From Balanoglossus misakiensis (Eukaryota > Animalia > Hemichordata): a DNA stretch of 64,000 nucleotides. Location of the stretch: contig CM082579.2 in the NCBI GenBank assembly GCA_040954595.2, positions 13,269,834 to 13,333,833 of the forward strand. Reading direction: 5' to 3'. Under the pieces are notes generated by a model. That model was not told the DNA's origin, searched no databases, and worked only from the letters and a program-made list of their open reading frames with translations. How positions within the stretch are numbered: the stretch's first letter is position 1; every line of letters starts with the position of its first letter. A program made the translations under genes and the position numbers. Of the stretch, positions 1 through 15,000 are shown in pieces.

Positions 1-3000
1 TACTGTCTGGCCTGGTTAATGTTGACGCAAAGGTTGACCCCACCAAACACTCGAAATTAATGGACAGGATACTGTCCACTCTGGCCTGGTTACTGTCTGG
101 CCTGGTTAATGTTGACGCAAAGGTTGACCCCACCAAACACTCGAAATTAATGGACAGGATACTGTCCACTCTGGCCTGGTTACTGTCTGGCCTGGTTAAT
201 GTTGACGCAAAGGTTGACCCCACCAAACACTCGAAATTAATGGGCAGAATACTGTCCACTCTGGCCTGGTTACTGTCTGGCCTGGTTAATGTTGACGCAA
301 AGGTTGACCCCACCAAACACTCAAAATTGATGGGCAGGATACTGTCCACTCTTGCCTTGTTACTGTCTGGCCTGGTTAATGTTGACGCAAAGGTTGACCC
401 CACCAAACACTCGAAATTAATTGGCAGGATACTGTCCACTCTGGCCTTGTTACTGTCTGGCCTGGTTAATGTTGACGCAAAGGTTGACCCCACCAAACAC
501 TCGAAATTAATTGGCAGGATACTGTCCACTCTGGTCTGGTTACTGTCTGGCCTGGTTAATGTTGACACAAAGGTTGACCCCACCAAACACTCAAAATTAA
601 TGGGCAGGATACTGTCCACTCTGGCCTTGTTACTGTCTGGCCTGGTTAATGTTGACGCAAAGGTTGCCCCAACCAAACACTCGAAATTAATGGGCAGGAT
701 ACTGTCCACTCTGGCCTGGTTACTGTCTGGCCTGGTTAATGTTGACGCAAAGGTTGACCCCACCAAACACTCGAAATTAATGGGCAGAATACTGTCCACT
801 CTGGCCTGGTTACTGTCTGGCCTGGTTAATGTTGACGCAAAGGTTGACCCCACCAAACACTCAAAATTGATTGGCAGGATACTGTCCACTCTGGCCTTGT
901 TACTCTCTGGCCTGGTTAATGTTGACGCAAAGGTTGACCCCACCAAACACTCGAAATTAATTGGCAGGATACTGTCCACTCTGGTCTGGTTACTGTCTGG
1001 CCTGGTTAATGTTGATGCAAAGGTTGACCCCACCAAACACTCAAAATTAATGGGCAGGATACTGTCCACTCTGGCCTTGTTACTGTCTGGCCTGGTTAAT
1101 GTTGACGCAAAGGTTGACCCCACCAAACACTCGAAATTAATGGGCAGGATACTGTCCACTCTGGCCTTGTTACTGTCTGGCCTGGTTAATGTTGACGCAA
1201 AGGTTGCCCCAACCAAACACTCGAAATTAATGGGCAGGATACTGTCCACTCTGGCCTGGTTACTGTCTGGCCTGGTTAATGTTGACGCAAAGGTTGACCC
1301 CACCAAACACTTGAAATTCATGGGCAGAATACTGTCCACTCTGGCCAGGATACTGTCTGGCCTGGTTAATGTTGACGCAGGGGTTGACCCCACCAAACAC
1401 TCGAAATTCATGGGCAGGATACTGTCCACTCTGGCCTGGTTACTGTCTGGCCTAGTTAATGTTGACGCAAAGGTTGACCCCACCAAACACTCGAAATTAA
1501 TGGGCAGGATACTGTCCACTCTGGCCTTGTTACTGTCTGGCCTGGTTAAAGTTGGCGCAAAGGTTGACCCCACCAAACACTCGAAATTCATGGGCAGAAT
1601 ACTGTCCACTCTGGCCAGGATACTGTCTGGCCTGGTTAATGTTGACGCAAAGGTTGACCCCACCAGACACTCAAAATTAATAGACAGGATACTGTCCACT
1701 CTGGCCAGGATACTGTCTGCCCTGGTTAATGTTGACACTCAAAATTAATGGACAGGATACTGTCCACTCTGGCCAGGATACTGTCTGGCCTGGTTAATGT
1801 TGACGCAAAGGTTGACCCCACCAGACACTCAAAATTAATGGACAGGATACTGTCCACTCTGGTCAGGATACTGTCTGGCCTGGTTAATGTTGACGCAAAG
1901 TTTGACCACACCAGACACTCAAAATTAATGGACAGGATACTGTCCACTCTGGCCTGGTTACTGTCTGGCCTGGTTAATATTGATGCAACGGTTGACCCCA
2001 CCAGACACTCGAAATTAATGGGCAGAATACTGTCCACTCTGGTCTGGTTACTGTCTGGCCTGGTTAATGTTGACGCAAAGGTTGACCCGACCAAACACTC
2101 AAAATTAATGGGCAGGATACTGTCCACTCTGGCCTTGTTACTGTCTGGCCTGGTTAATGTTGACGCAAAGGTTGACCCCACCAAACACTCGAAATTAATG
2201 GGAGGGATACTGTCCACTCTGGCCTTGTTACTGTCTGGCCTGGTTAATGTTGACGCAAAGGTTGACCCCACCAAACACTTGAAATTAATGGGCAGGATAC
2301 TGTCCACTCTGGCCTTGTTACTGTCTGGCCTGGTTAATGTTGACGCAAAGGTTGACCCCACCAAACACTTGAAATTCATGGGCAGAATACTGTCCACTCT
2401 GGCCAGGATACTGTCTTGCCTGGTTAATGTTGACGCAAAGGTTGACCCCACCAAATACTCGAAATTAATGGGCAGAATACTGTCCACTCTGGCCAGGATA
2501 CTGTCAGGCCTGGTTAAGGTTGACGCAAAGGTTGACCCCACCAAACACTCGAAATTCATGGGCAGGATACTGTCCACTCTGGCCTGGTTACTGTCTGGCC
2601 TGGTTAATGTTGACGCAAAGGTTGACCCCACCAAACACTCGAAATTAATGGACTGGATACTGTCCACTCTGGCCTGGTTACTGTCTGGCCTGGTTAATGT
2701 TGACGCAAAGGTTGACCCCACCAAACACTCGAAATTAATGGACAGGATACTGTCCACTCTGGCCTGGTTACTGTCTGGCCTGGTTAATGTTGACGCAAAG
2801 GTTGACCCCACCAAACACTCGAAATTAATGGACAGGATACTGTCCACTCTGGCCTGGTTACTGTCTGGCCTGGTTAATGTTGACGCAAAGGTTGACCCCA
2901 CCAAACACTCGAAATTAATGGGCAGAATACTGTCCACTCTGGCCTGGTTACTGTCTGGCCTGGTTAATGTTGACGCAAAGGTTGACCCCACCAAACACTC

Positions 3001-6000
3001 AAAATTGATGGGCAGGATACTGTCCACTCTGGCCTTGTTACTGTCTGGCCTGGTTAATGTTGACGCAAAGGTTTACCCCACCAAACACTCGAAATTAATT
3101 GGCAGGATACTGTCCACTCTGGCCTTGTTACTGTCTGGCCTGGTTAATGTTGACGCAAAGGTTGACCCCACCAAACACTCGAAATTAATTGGCAGGATAC
3201 TGTCCACTCTGGTCTGGTTACTGTCTGGCCTGGTTAATGTTGACACAAAGGTTGACCCCACCAAACACTCAAAATTAATGGGCAGGATACTGTCCACTCT
3301 GGCCTTGTTACTGTCTGGCCTGGTTAATGTTGACGCAAAGGTTGACCCCACCAAACACTCGAAATTAATGGGCAGGATACTGTCCACTCTGGCCTTGTTA
3401 CTGTCTGGCCTGGTTAATGTTGACGCAAAGGTTGCCCCAACCAAACACTCGAAATTAATGGGCAGGATACTGTCCACTCTGGCCTGGTTACTGTCTGGCC
3501 TGGTTAATGTTGACGCAAAGGTTGACCCCATCAAACACTTGAAATTCATGGGCAGGATACTGTCCACTCTGGCCTGGTTACTGTCTGGCCTGGTTAATGT
3601 TGACGCAAAGGTTGACCCCACCAAACACTCAAAATTGATGGGCAGGATACTGTCCACTCTTGCCTTGTTACTGTCTGGCCTGGTTAATGTTGACGCAAAG
3701 GTTGACCCCACCAAACACTCAAAATTAATTGGCAGGATACTGTCCACTCTGGCCTTGTTACTGTCTGGCCTGGTTAATGTTCACGCAAAGGTTGACCCCA
3801 CCAAACACTCGAAATTAATTGGCAGGATACTGTCCACTCTGGTCTGGTTACTGTCTGGCCTGGTTAATGTTGACGCAAAGGTTGACCCCACCAAACACTC
3901 GAAATTAATGGACTGGATACTGTCCACTCTGGCCTGGTTACTGTCTGGCCTGGTTAATGTTGACGCAAAGGTTGACCCCACCAAACACTCGAAATTAATG
4001 GACAGGATACTGTCCACTCTGGCCTGGTTACTGTCTGGCCTGGTTAATGTTGACGCAAAGGTTGACCCCACCAAACACTCGAAATTAATGGACAGGATAC
4101 TGTCCACTCTGGCCTGGTTACTGTCTGGCCTGGTTAATGTTGACGCAAAGGTTGACCCCACCAAACACTCGAAATTAATGGACAGGATACTGTCCACTCT
4201 GGCCTGGTTACTGTCTGGCCTGGTTAATGTTGACGCAAAGGTTGACCCCACCAAACACTCGAAATTGATGGGCAGGATACTGTCCACTCTGGCCTGGTTA
4301 CTGTCTGGCCTGGTTAATGTTGACGCAAAGGTTGACCCCACCAAACACTCGAAATTAATTGGCAGGATACTGTCCACTCTGGCCTTGTTACTGTCTGGCC
4401 TGGTTAATGTTGACGCAAAGGTTGACCCCACCAAACACTCGAAATTAATTGGCAGGATACTGTCCACTCTGGTCTGGTTACTGTCTGGCCTGGTTAATGT
4501 TGACACAAAGGTTGACCCCACCAAACACTCAAAATTAATGGGCAGGATACTGTCCACTCTGGCCTTGTTTCTGTCTGGCCTGGTTAATGTTGACGCAAAG
4601 GTTGCCCCAACCAAACACTCGAAATTAATTGGCAGGATACTGTCCACTCTGGCCTGGTTACTGTCTGGCCTGGTTAATGTTGACGCAAAGGTTGACCCCA
4701 CCAAACACTCGAAATTCATGGGCAGAATACTGTCCACTCTGGCCTGGTTACTGTCTGGCCTGGTTAATGTTGACGCAAAGGTTGACCCCACCAAACACTC
4801 AAAATTGATTGGCAGGATACTGTCCACTCTGGCCTTGTTACTGTCTGGCCTGGTTAATGTTGACGCAAAGGTTGACCCCACCAAACACTCGAAATTAATT
4901 GGCAGGATACTGTCCACTCTGGTCTGGTTACTGTCTGGCCTGGTTAATGTTGACGCAAAGGTTGACCCCACCAAACACTCAAAATTAATGGGCAGGATAC
5001 TGTCCACTCTGGCCTTGTTACTGTCTGGCCTGGTTAATGTTGACGCAAAGGTTGACCCCACCAAACACTCGAAATTAATGGGCAGGATACTGTCCACTCT
5101 GGCCTTGTTACTGTCTGGCCTGGTTAATGTTGACGCAAAGGTTGCCCCAACCAAACACTCGAAATTAATGGGCAGGATACTGTCCACTCTGGCCTTGTTA
5201 CTGTCTGGCCTGGTTAATGTTGACGCAAAGGTTGACCCCACCAAACACTTGAAATTCATGGGCAGAATACTGTCCACTCTGGCCAGGATACTGTCTGGCC
5301 TGGTTAATGTTGACGCAGGGGTTGACCCCACCAAACACTCGAAATTCATGGGCAGGATACTGTCCACTCTGGCCTGGTTACTGTCTGGCCTGGTTAATGT
5401 TGACGCAAAGGTTGACCCCACCAAACACTCGAAATTAATGGGCAGGATACTGTCCACTCTGGCCTTGTTACTGTCTGGCCTGGTTAAAGTTGGCGCAAAG
5501 GTTGACCCCACCAAACACTCGAAATTCATGGGCAGAATACTGTCCACTCTGGCCAGGATACTGTCTGGCCTGGTTAATGTTGACGCAAAGGTTGACCCCA
5601 CCAGACACTCAAAATTAATAGACAGGATACTGTCCACTCTGGCCAGGATACTGTCTGCCCTGGTTAATGTTGACACTCAAAATTAATGGACAGGATACTG
5701 TCCACTCTGGCCAGGATACTGTCTGGCCTGGTTAATGTTGACGCAAAGGTTGACCCCACCAGACACTCAAAATTAATGGACAGGATACTGTCCACTCTGG
5801 TCAGGATACTGTCTGGCCTGGTAAATGTTGACGCAAAGTTTGACCACACCAGACACTCAAAATTAATGGACAGGATACTGTCCACTCTGGCCTGGTTACT
5901 GTCTGGCCTGGTTAATGTTGATGCAACGGTTGACCCCACCAGACACTCGAAATTAATGGGCAGAATACTGTCCACTCTGGTCTGGTTACTGTCTGGCCTG

Positions 6001-9000
6001 GTTAATGTTGACGCAAAGGTTGACCCGACCAAACACTCAAAATTAATGGGCAGGATACTGTCCACTCTGGCCTTGTTACTGTCTGGCCTGGTTAATGTTG
6101 ACGCAAAGGTTGACCCCACCAAACACTCGAAATTAATGTGAGGGATACTGTCCACTCTGGCCTTGTTACTGTCTGGCCTGGTTAATGTTGACGCAAAGGT
6201 TGACCCAACCAAACACTTGAAATTAATGGGCAGGATACTGTCCACTCTGGCCTTGTTACTGTCTGGCCTGGTTAATGTTGACGCAAAGGTTGACCCCACC
6301 AAACACTTGAAATTCATGGGCAGAATACTGTCCACTCTGGCCAGGATACTGTCTTGCCTGGTTAATGTTGACGCAAAGGTTGACCCCACCAAATACTCGA
6401 AATTAATGGGCAGAATACTGTCCACTCTGGCCAGGATACTGTCAGGCCTGGTTAAGGTTGACGCAAAGGTTGACCCCACCAAACACTCGAAATTCATGGG
6501 CAGGATACTGTCCACTCTGGCCTGGTTACTGTCTGGCCTGGTTAATGTTGACGCAAAGGTTGACCCCACCAAACACTCAAAATTAATGGGCAGGATACTG
6601 TCCACTCTGGCCTTGTTACTGTCTGGCCTGGTTAATGTTGACGCAAAGGTTGACCCCACCAAACACTCGAAATTAATGGGCAGGATACTGTCCACTCTGG
6701 CCTTGTTACTGTCTGGCCTGGTTAATGTTGACGCAAAGGTTGCCCCAACCAAACACTCGAAATTAATGGGCAGGATACTGTCCACTCTGGCCTTGTTACT
6801 GTCTGGCCTGGTTAATGTTGACGCAAAGGTTGACCCCACCAAACACTTGAAATTCATGGGCAGAATACTGTCCACTCTGGCCAGGATACTGTCTGGCCTG
6901 GTTAATGTTGACGCAGGGGTTGACCCCACCAAACACTCGAAATTCATGGGCAGGATACTGTCCACTCTGGCCTGGTTACTGTCTGGCCTGGTTAATGTTG
7001 ACGCAAAGGTTGACCCCACCAAACACTCGAAATTAATGGGCAGGATACTGTCCACTCTGGCCTTGTTACTGTCTGGCCTGGTTAAAGTTGGCGCAAAGGT
7101 TGACCCCACCAAACACTCGAAATTCATGGGCAGAATACTGTCCACTCTGGCCAGGATACTGTCTGGCCTGGTTAATGTTGACGCAAAGGTTGACCCCACC
7201 AGACACTCAAAATTAATAGACAGGATACTGTCCACTCTGGCCAGGATACTGTCTGCCCTGGTTAATGTTGACACTCAAAATTAATGGACAGGATACTGTC
7301 CACTCTGGCCAGGATACTGTCTGGCCTGGTTAATGTTGACGCAAAGGTTGACCCCACCAGACACTCAAAATTAATGGACAGGATACTGTCCACTCTGGTC
7401 AGGATACTGTCTGGCCTGGTAAATGTTGACGCAAAGTTTGACCACACCAGACACTCAAAATTAATGGACAGGATACTGTCCACTCTGGCCTGGTTACTGT
7501 CTGGCCTGGTTAATGTTGATGCAACGGTTGACCCCACCAGACACTCGAAATTAATGGGCAGAATACTGTCCACTCTGGTCTGGTTACTGTCTGGCCTGGT
7601 TAATGTTGACGCAAAGGTTGACCCGACCAAACACTCAAAATTAATGGGCAGGATACTGTCCACTCTGGCCTTGTTACTGTCTGGCCTGGTTAATGTTGAC
7701 GCAAAGGTTGACCCCACCAAACACTCGAAATTAATGTGAGGGATACTGTCCACTCTGGCCTTGTTACTGTCTGGCCTGGTTAATGTTGACGCAAAGGTTG
7801 ACCCAACCAAACACTTGAAATTAATGGGCAGGATACTGTCCACTCTGGCCTTGTTACTGTCTGGCCTGGTTAATGTTGACGCAAAGGTTGACCCCACCAA
7901 ACACTTGAAATTCATGGGCAGAATACTGTCCACTCTGGCCAGGATACTGTCTTGCCTGGTTAATGTTGACGCAAAGGTTGACCCCACCAAATACTCGAAA
8001 TTAATGGGCAGAATACTGTCCACTCTGGCCAGGATACTGTCAGGCCTGGTTAAGGTTGACGCAAAGGTTGACCCCACCAAACACTCGAAATTCATGGGCA
8101 GGATACTGTCCACCCTGGCCTGGTTACTGTCTGGCCTGGTTAATGTTGACGCAAAGGTTGACCCCACCAAACACTCGAAATTAATGGACAGGATACTGTC
8201 CACTCTGGCCTGGTTACTGTCTGGCCTGGTTAATGTTGACGCAAAGGTTGACCCCACCAGACACTCAAAATTAATGGACAGGATACTGTCCACTCTGGTC
8301 AGGATACTGTCTGGCCTGGTAAATGTTGACGCAAAGTTTGACCACACCAGACACTCAAAATTAATGGACAGGATACTGTCCACTCTGGCCTGGTTACTGT
8401 CTGGCCTGGTTAATGTTGATGCAACGGTTGACCCCACCAGACACTCGAAATTAATGGGCAGAATACTGTCCACTCTGGTCTGGTTACTGTCTGGCCTGGT
8501 TAATGTTGACGCAAAGGTTGACCCGACCAAACACTCAAAATTAATGGGCAGGATACTGTCCACTCTGGCCTTGTTACTGTCTGGCCTGGTTAATGTTGAC
8601 GCAAAGGTTGACCCCACCAAACACTCGAAATTAATGTGAGGGATACTGTCCACTCTGGCCTTGTTACTGTCTGGCCTGGTTAATGTTGACGCAAAGGTTG
8701 ACCCAACCAAACACTTGAAATTAATGGGCAGGATACTGTCCACTCTGGCCTTGTTACTGTCTGGCCTGGTTAATGTTGACGCAAAGGTTGACCCCACCAA
8801 ACACTTGAAATTCATGGGCAGAATACTGTCCACTCTGGCCAGGATACTGTCTTGCCTGGTTAATGTTGACGCAAAGGTTGACCCCACCAAATACTCGAAA
8901 TTAATGGGCAGAATACTGTCCACTCTGGCCAGGATACTGTCAGGCCTGGTTAAGGTTGACGCAAAGGTTGACCCCACCAAACACTCGAAATTCATGGGCA

Positions 9001-12000
9001 GGATACTGTCCACTCTGGCCTGGTTACTGTCTGGCCTGGTTAATGTTGACGCAAAGGTTGACCCCACCAAACACTCGAAATTAATGGACTGGATACTGTC
9101 CACTCTGGCCTGGTTACTGTCTGGCCTGGTTAATGTTGACGCAAAGGTTGACCCCACCAAACACTCGAAATTAATGGACAGGATACTGTCCACCCTGGCC
9201 TGGTTACTGTCTGGCCTGGTTAATGTTGACGCAAAGGTTGACCCCACCAAACACTCGAAATTAATGGACAGGATACTGTCCACTCTGGCCTGGTTACTGT
9301 CTGGCCTGGTTAATGTTGACGCAAAGGTTGACCCCACCAGACACTCAAAATTAATGGACAGGATACTGTCCACTCTGGTCAGGATACTGTCTGGCCTGGT
9401 AAATGTTGACGCAAAGTTTGACCACACCAGACACTCAAAATTAATGGACAGGATACTGTCCACTCTGGCCTGGTTACTGTCTGGCCTGGTTAATGTTGAT
9501 GCAACGGTTGACCCCACCAGACACTCGAAATTAATGGGCAGAATACTGTCCACTCTGGTCTGGTTACTGTCTGGCCTGGTTAATGTTGACGCAAAGGTTG
9601 ACCCGACCAAACACTCAAAATTAATGGGCAGGATACTGTCCACTCTGGCCTTGTTACTGTCTGGCCTGGTTAATGTTGACGCAAAGGTTGACCCCACCAA
9701 ACACTCGAAATTAATGTGAGGGATACTGTCCACTCTGGCCTTGTTACTGTCTGGCCTGGTTAATGTTGACGCAAAGGTTGACCCAACCAAACACTTGAAA
9801 TTAATGGGCAGGATACTGTCCACTCTGGCCTTGTTACTGTCTGGCCTGGTTAATGTTGACGCAAAGGTTGACCCCACCAAACACTTGAAATTCATGGGCA
9901 GAATACTGTCCACTCTGGCCAGGATACTGTCTTGCCTGGTTAATGTTGACGCAAAGGTTGACCCCACCAAATACTCGAAATTAATGGGCAGAATACTGTC
10001 CACTCTGGCCAGGATACTGTCAGGCCTGGTTAAGGTTGACGCAAAGGTTGACCCCACCAAACACTCGAAATTCATGGGCAGGATACTGTCCACTCTGGCC
10101 TGGTTACTGTCTGGCCTGGTTAATGTTGACGCAAAGGTTGACCCCACCAAACACTCGAAATTAATGGACTGGATACTGTCCACTCTGGCCTGGTTACTGT
10201 CTGGCCTGGTTAATGTTGACGCAAAGGTTGACCCCACCAAACACTCGAAATTAATGGACAGGATACTGTCCACCCTGGCCTGGTTACTGTCTGGCCTGGT
10301 TAATGTTGACGCAAAGGTTGACCCCACCAAACACTCGAAATTAATGGACAGGATACTGTCCACTCTGGCCTGGTTACTGTCTGGCCTGGTTAATGTTGAC
10401 GCAAAGGTTGACCCCACCAAACACTCGAAATTAATGGGCAGAATACTGTCCACTCTGGCCTGGTTACTGTCTGGCCTGGTTAATGTTGACGCAAAGGTTG
10501 ACCCCACCAAACACTCAAAATTGATGGGCAGGATACTGTCCACTCTGGCCTTGTTACTGTCTGGCCTGGTTAATGTTGACGCAAAGGTTGACCCCACCAA
10601 ACACTCGAAATTAATTGGCAGAATACTGTCCACTCTGGTCTGGTTACTGTCTGGCCTGGTTAATGTTGACGCAAAGGTTGACCCGACCAAACACTCAAAA
10701 TTAATGGGCAGGATACTGTCCACTCTGGCCTTGTTACTGTCTGGCCTGGTTAATGTTGACGCAAAGGTTGACCCCACCAAACACTCGAAATTAATGGGAG
10801 GGATACTGTCCACTCTGGCCTTGTTACTGTCTGGCCTGGTTAATGTTGACGCAAAGGTTGACCCAACCAAACACTTGAAATTAATGGGCAGGATACTGTC
10901 CACTCTGGCCTTGTTACAGTCTGGCCTGGTTAATGTTGACGCAAAGGTTGACCCCACCAAACACTTGAAATTCATGGGCAGAATACTGTCCACTCTGGCC
11001 AGGATACTGTCTTGCCTGGTTAATGTTGACGCAAAGGTTGACCCCACCAAATACTCGAAATTAATGGGCAGAATACTGTCCACTCTGGCCAGGATACTGT
11101 CAGGCCTGGTTAAGGTTGACGCAAAGGTTGACCCCACCAAACACTCGAAATTCATGGGCAGGATACTGTCCACTCTGGCCTGGTTACTGTCTGGCCTGGT
11201 TAATGTTGACGCAAAGGTTGACCCCACCAAACACTCGAAATTAATGGACTGGATACTGTCCACTCTGGCCTGGTTACTGTCTGGCCTGGTTAATGTTGAC
11301 GCAAAGGTTGACCCCACCAAACACTCGAAATTAATGGACAGGATACTGTCCACTCTGGCCTGGTTACTGTCTGGCCTGGTTAATGTTGACGCAAAGGTTG
11401 ACCCCACCAAACACTCGAAATTAATGGACAGGATACTGTCCACTCTGGCCTGGTTACTGTCTGGCCTGGTTAATGTTGACGCAAAGGTTGACCCCACCAA
11501 ACACTCAAAATTGATGGGCAGGATACTGTCCACTCTGGCCTTGTTACTGTCTGGCCTGGTTAATGTTGACGCAAAGGTTGACCCCACCAAACACTCGAAA
11601 TTAATTGGCAGGATACTGTCCACTCTGGCCTTGTTACTGTCTGGCCTGGTTAATGTTGACGCAAAGGTTGACCCCACCAAACACTCGAAATTAATTGGCA
11701 GGATACTGTCCACTCTGGTCTGGTTACTGTCTGGCCTGGTTAATGTTGACACAAAGGTTGACCCCACCAAACACTCAAAATTAATGGGCAGGATACTGTC
11801 CACTCTGGCCTTGTTACTGTCTGGCCTGGTTAATGTTGACGCAAAGGTTGACACCACCAAACACTCGAAATTAATGGGCAGGATACTGTCCACTCTGGCC
11901 TTGTTACTGTCTGGCCTGGTTAATGTTGACGCAAAGGTTGCCCCAACCAAACACTCGAAATTAATGGGCAGGATACTGTCCACTCTGGCCTGGTTACTGT

Positions 12001-15000
12001 CTGGCCTGGTTAATGTTGACGCAAAGGTTGACCCCACCAAACACTTGAAATTCATGGGCAGAATACTGTCCACTCTGGCCAGGATACTGTCTGGCCTGGT
12101 TAATGTTGACGCAGGGGTTGACCCCACCAAACACTCGAAATTCATGGGCAGGATACTGTCCACTCTGGCCTGGTTACTGTCTGGCCTGGTTAATGTTGAC
12201 GCAAAGGTTGACCCCACCAAACACTCGAAATTAATGGGCAGGATACTGTCCACTCTGGCCTTGTTACTGTCTGGCCTGGTTAAAGTTGGCGCAAAGGTTG
12301 ACCCCACCAAACACTCGAAATTCATGGGCAGAATACTGTCCACTCTGGCCAGGATACTGTCTGGCCTGGTTAATGTTGACGCAAAGGTTGACCCCACCAG
12401 ACACTCAAAATTAATAGACAGGATACTGTCCACTCTGGCCAGGATACTGTCTGCCCTGGTTAATGTTGACACTCAAAATTAATGGACAGGATACTGTCCA
12501 CTCTGGCCAGGATACTGTCTGGCCTGGTTAATGTTGACGCAAAGGTTGACCCCACCAGACACTCAAAATTAATGGACAGGATACTGTCCACTCTGGTCAG
12601 GATACTGTCTGGCCTGGTTAATGTTGACGCAAAGTTTGACCACACGAGACACTCAAAATTAATGGACAGGATACTGTCCACTCTGGCCTGGTTACTGTCT
12701 GGCCTGGTTAATGTTGATGCAACGGTTGACCCCACCAGACACTCGAAATTAATGGGCAGAATACTGTCCACTCTGGTCTGGTTACTGTCTGGCCTGGTTA
12801 ATGTTGACGCAAAGGTTGACCCGACCAAACACTCAAAATTAATGGGCAGGATACTGTCCACTCTGGCCTTGTTACTGTCTGGCCTGGTTAATGTTGACGC
12901 AAAGGTTGACCCAACCAAACACTTGAAATTAATGGGCAGGATACTGTCCACTCTGGCCTTGTTACTGTCTGGCCTGGTTAATGTTGACGCAAAGGTTGAC
13001 CCCACCAAACACTTGAAATTCATGGGCAGAATACTGTCCACTCTGGCCAGGATACTGTCTTGCCTGGTTAATGTTGACGCAAAGGTTGACCCCACCAAAT
13101 ACTCGAAATTAATGGGCAGAATACTGTCCACTCTGGCCAGGATACTGTCAGGCCTGGTTAAGGTTGACGCAAAGGTTGACCCCACCAAACACTCGAAATT
13201 CATGGGCAGGATACTGTCCACTCTGGCCTGGTTACTGTCTGGCCTGGTTAATGTTGACGCAAAGGTTGACCCCACCAAACACTCGAAATTAATGGACTGG
13301 ATACTGTCCACTCTGGCCTGGTTACTGTCTGGCCTGGTTAATGTTGACGCAAAGGTTGACCCCACCAAACACTCGAAATTAATGGACAGGATACTGTCCA
13401 CCCTGGCCTGGTTACTGTCTGGCCTGGTTAATGTTGACGCAAAGGTTGACCCCACCAAACACTCGAAATTAATGGACAGGATACTGTCCACTCTGGCCTG
13501 GTTACTGTCTGGCCTGGTTAATGTTGACGCAAAGGTTGACCCCACCAAACACTCGAAATTAATGGGCAGAATACTGTCCACTCTGGCCTGGTTACTGTCT
13601 GGCCTGGTTAATGTTGACGCAAAGGTTGACCCCACCAAACACTCAAAATTGATGGGCAGGATACTGTCCACTCTGGCCTTGTTACTGTCTGGCCTGGTTA
13701 ATGTTGACGCAAAGGTTGACCCCACCAAACACTCGAAATTAATTGGCAGAATACTGTCCACTCTGGTCTGGTTACTGTCTGGCCTGGTTAATGTTGACGC
13801 AAAGGTTGACCCGACCAAACACTCAAAATTAATGGGCAGGATACTGTCCACTCTGGCCTTGTTACTGTCTGGCCTGGTTAATGTTGACGCAAAGGTTGAC
13901 CCCACCAAACACTCGAAATTAATGGGAGGGATACTGTCCACTCTGGCCTTGTTACTGTCTGGCCTGGTTAATGTTGACGCAAAGGTTGACCCAACCAAAC
14001 ACTTGAAATTAATGGGCAGGATACTGTCCACTCTGGCCTTGTTACAGTCTGGCCTGGTTAATGTTGACGCAAAGGTTGACCCCACCAAACACTTGAAATT
14101 CATGGGCAGAATACTGTCCACTCTGGCCAGGATACTGTCTTGCCTGGTTAATGTTGACGCAAAGGTTGACCCCACCAAATACTCGAAATTAATGGGCAGA
14201 ATACTGTCCACTCTGGCCAGGATACTGTCAGGCCTGGTTAAGGTTGACGCAAAGGTTGACCCCACCAAACACTCGAAATTCATGGGCAGGATACTGTCCA
14301 CTCTGGCCTGGTTACTGTCTGGCCTGGTTAATGTTGACGCAAAGGTTGACCCCACCAAACACTCGAAATTAATGGACTGGATACTGTCCACTCTGGCCTG
14401 GTTACTGTCTGGCCTGGTTAATGTTGACGCAAAGGTTGACCCCACCAAACACTCGAAATTAATGGACAGGATACTGTCCACTCTGGCCTGGTTACTGTCT
14501 GGCCTGGTTAATGTTGACGCAAAGGTTGACCCCACCAAACACTCGAAATTAATGGACAGGATACTGTCCACTCTGGCCTGGTTACTGTCTGGCCTGGTTA
14601 ATGTTGACGCAAAGGTTGACCCCACCAAACACTCGAAATTAATGGACAGGATACTGTCCACTCTGGCCTGGTTACTGTCTGGCCTGGTTAATGTTGACGC
14701 AAAGGTTGACCCCACCAAACACTCGAAATTAATGGGCAGAATACTGTCCACTCTGGCCTGGTTACTGTCTGGCCTGGTTAATGTTGACGCAAAGGTTGAC
14801 CCCACCAAACACTCAAAATTGATGGGCAGGATACTGTCCACTCTGGCCTTGTTACTGTCTGGCCTGGTTAATGTTGACGCAAAGGTTGACCCCACCAAAC
14901 ACTCGAAATTAATTGGCAGGATACTGTCCACTCTGGCCTTGTTACTGTCTGGCCTGGTTAATGTTGACGCAAAGGTTGACCCCACCAAACACTCGAAATT

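Noticed and set aside
1744-1750. TAATG stop-start overlaps linking successive ORFs, resembling translational coupling
   Set aside because: TTAATG is in most monomers, and the overlap results automatically from the 22-bp deletion shifting the frame.
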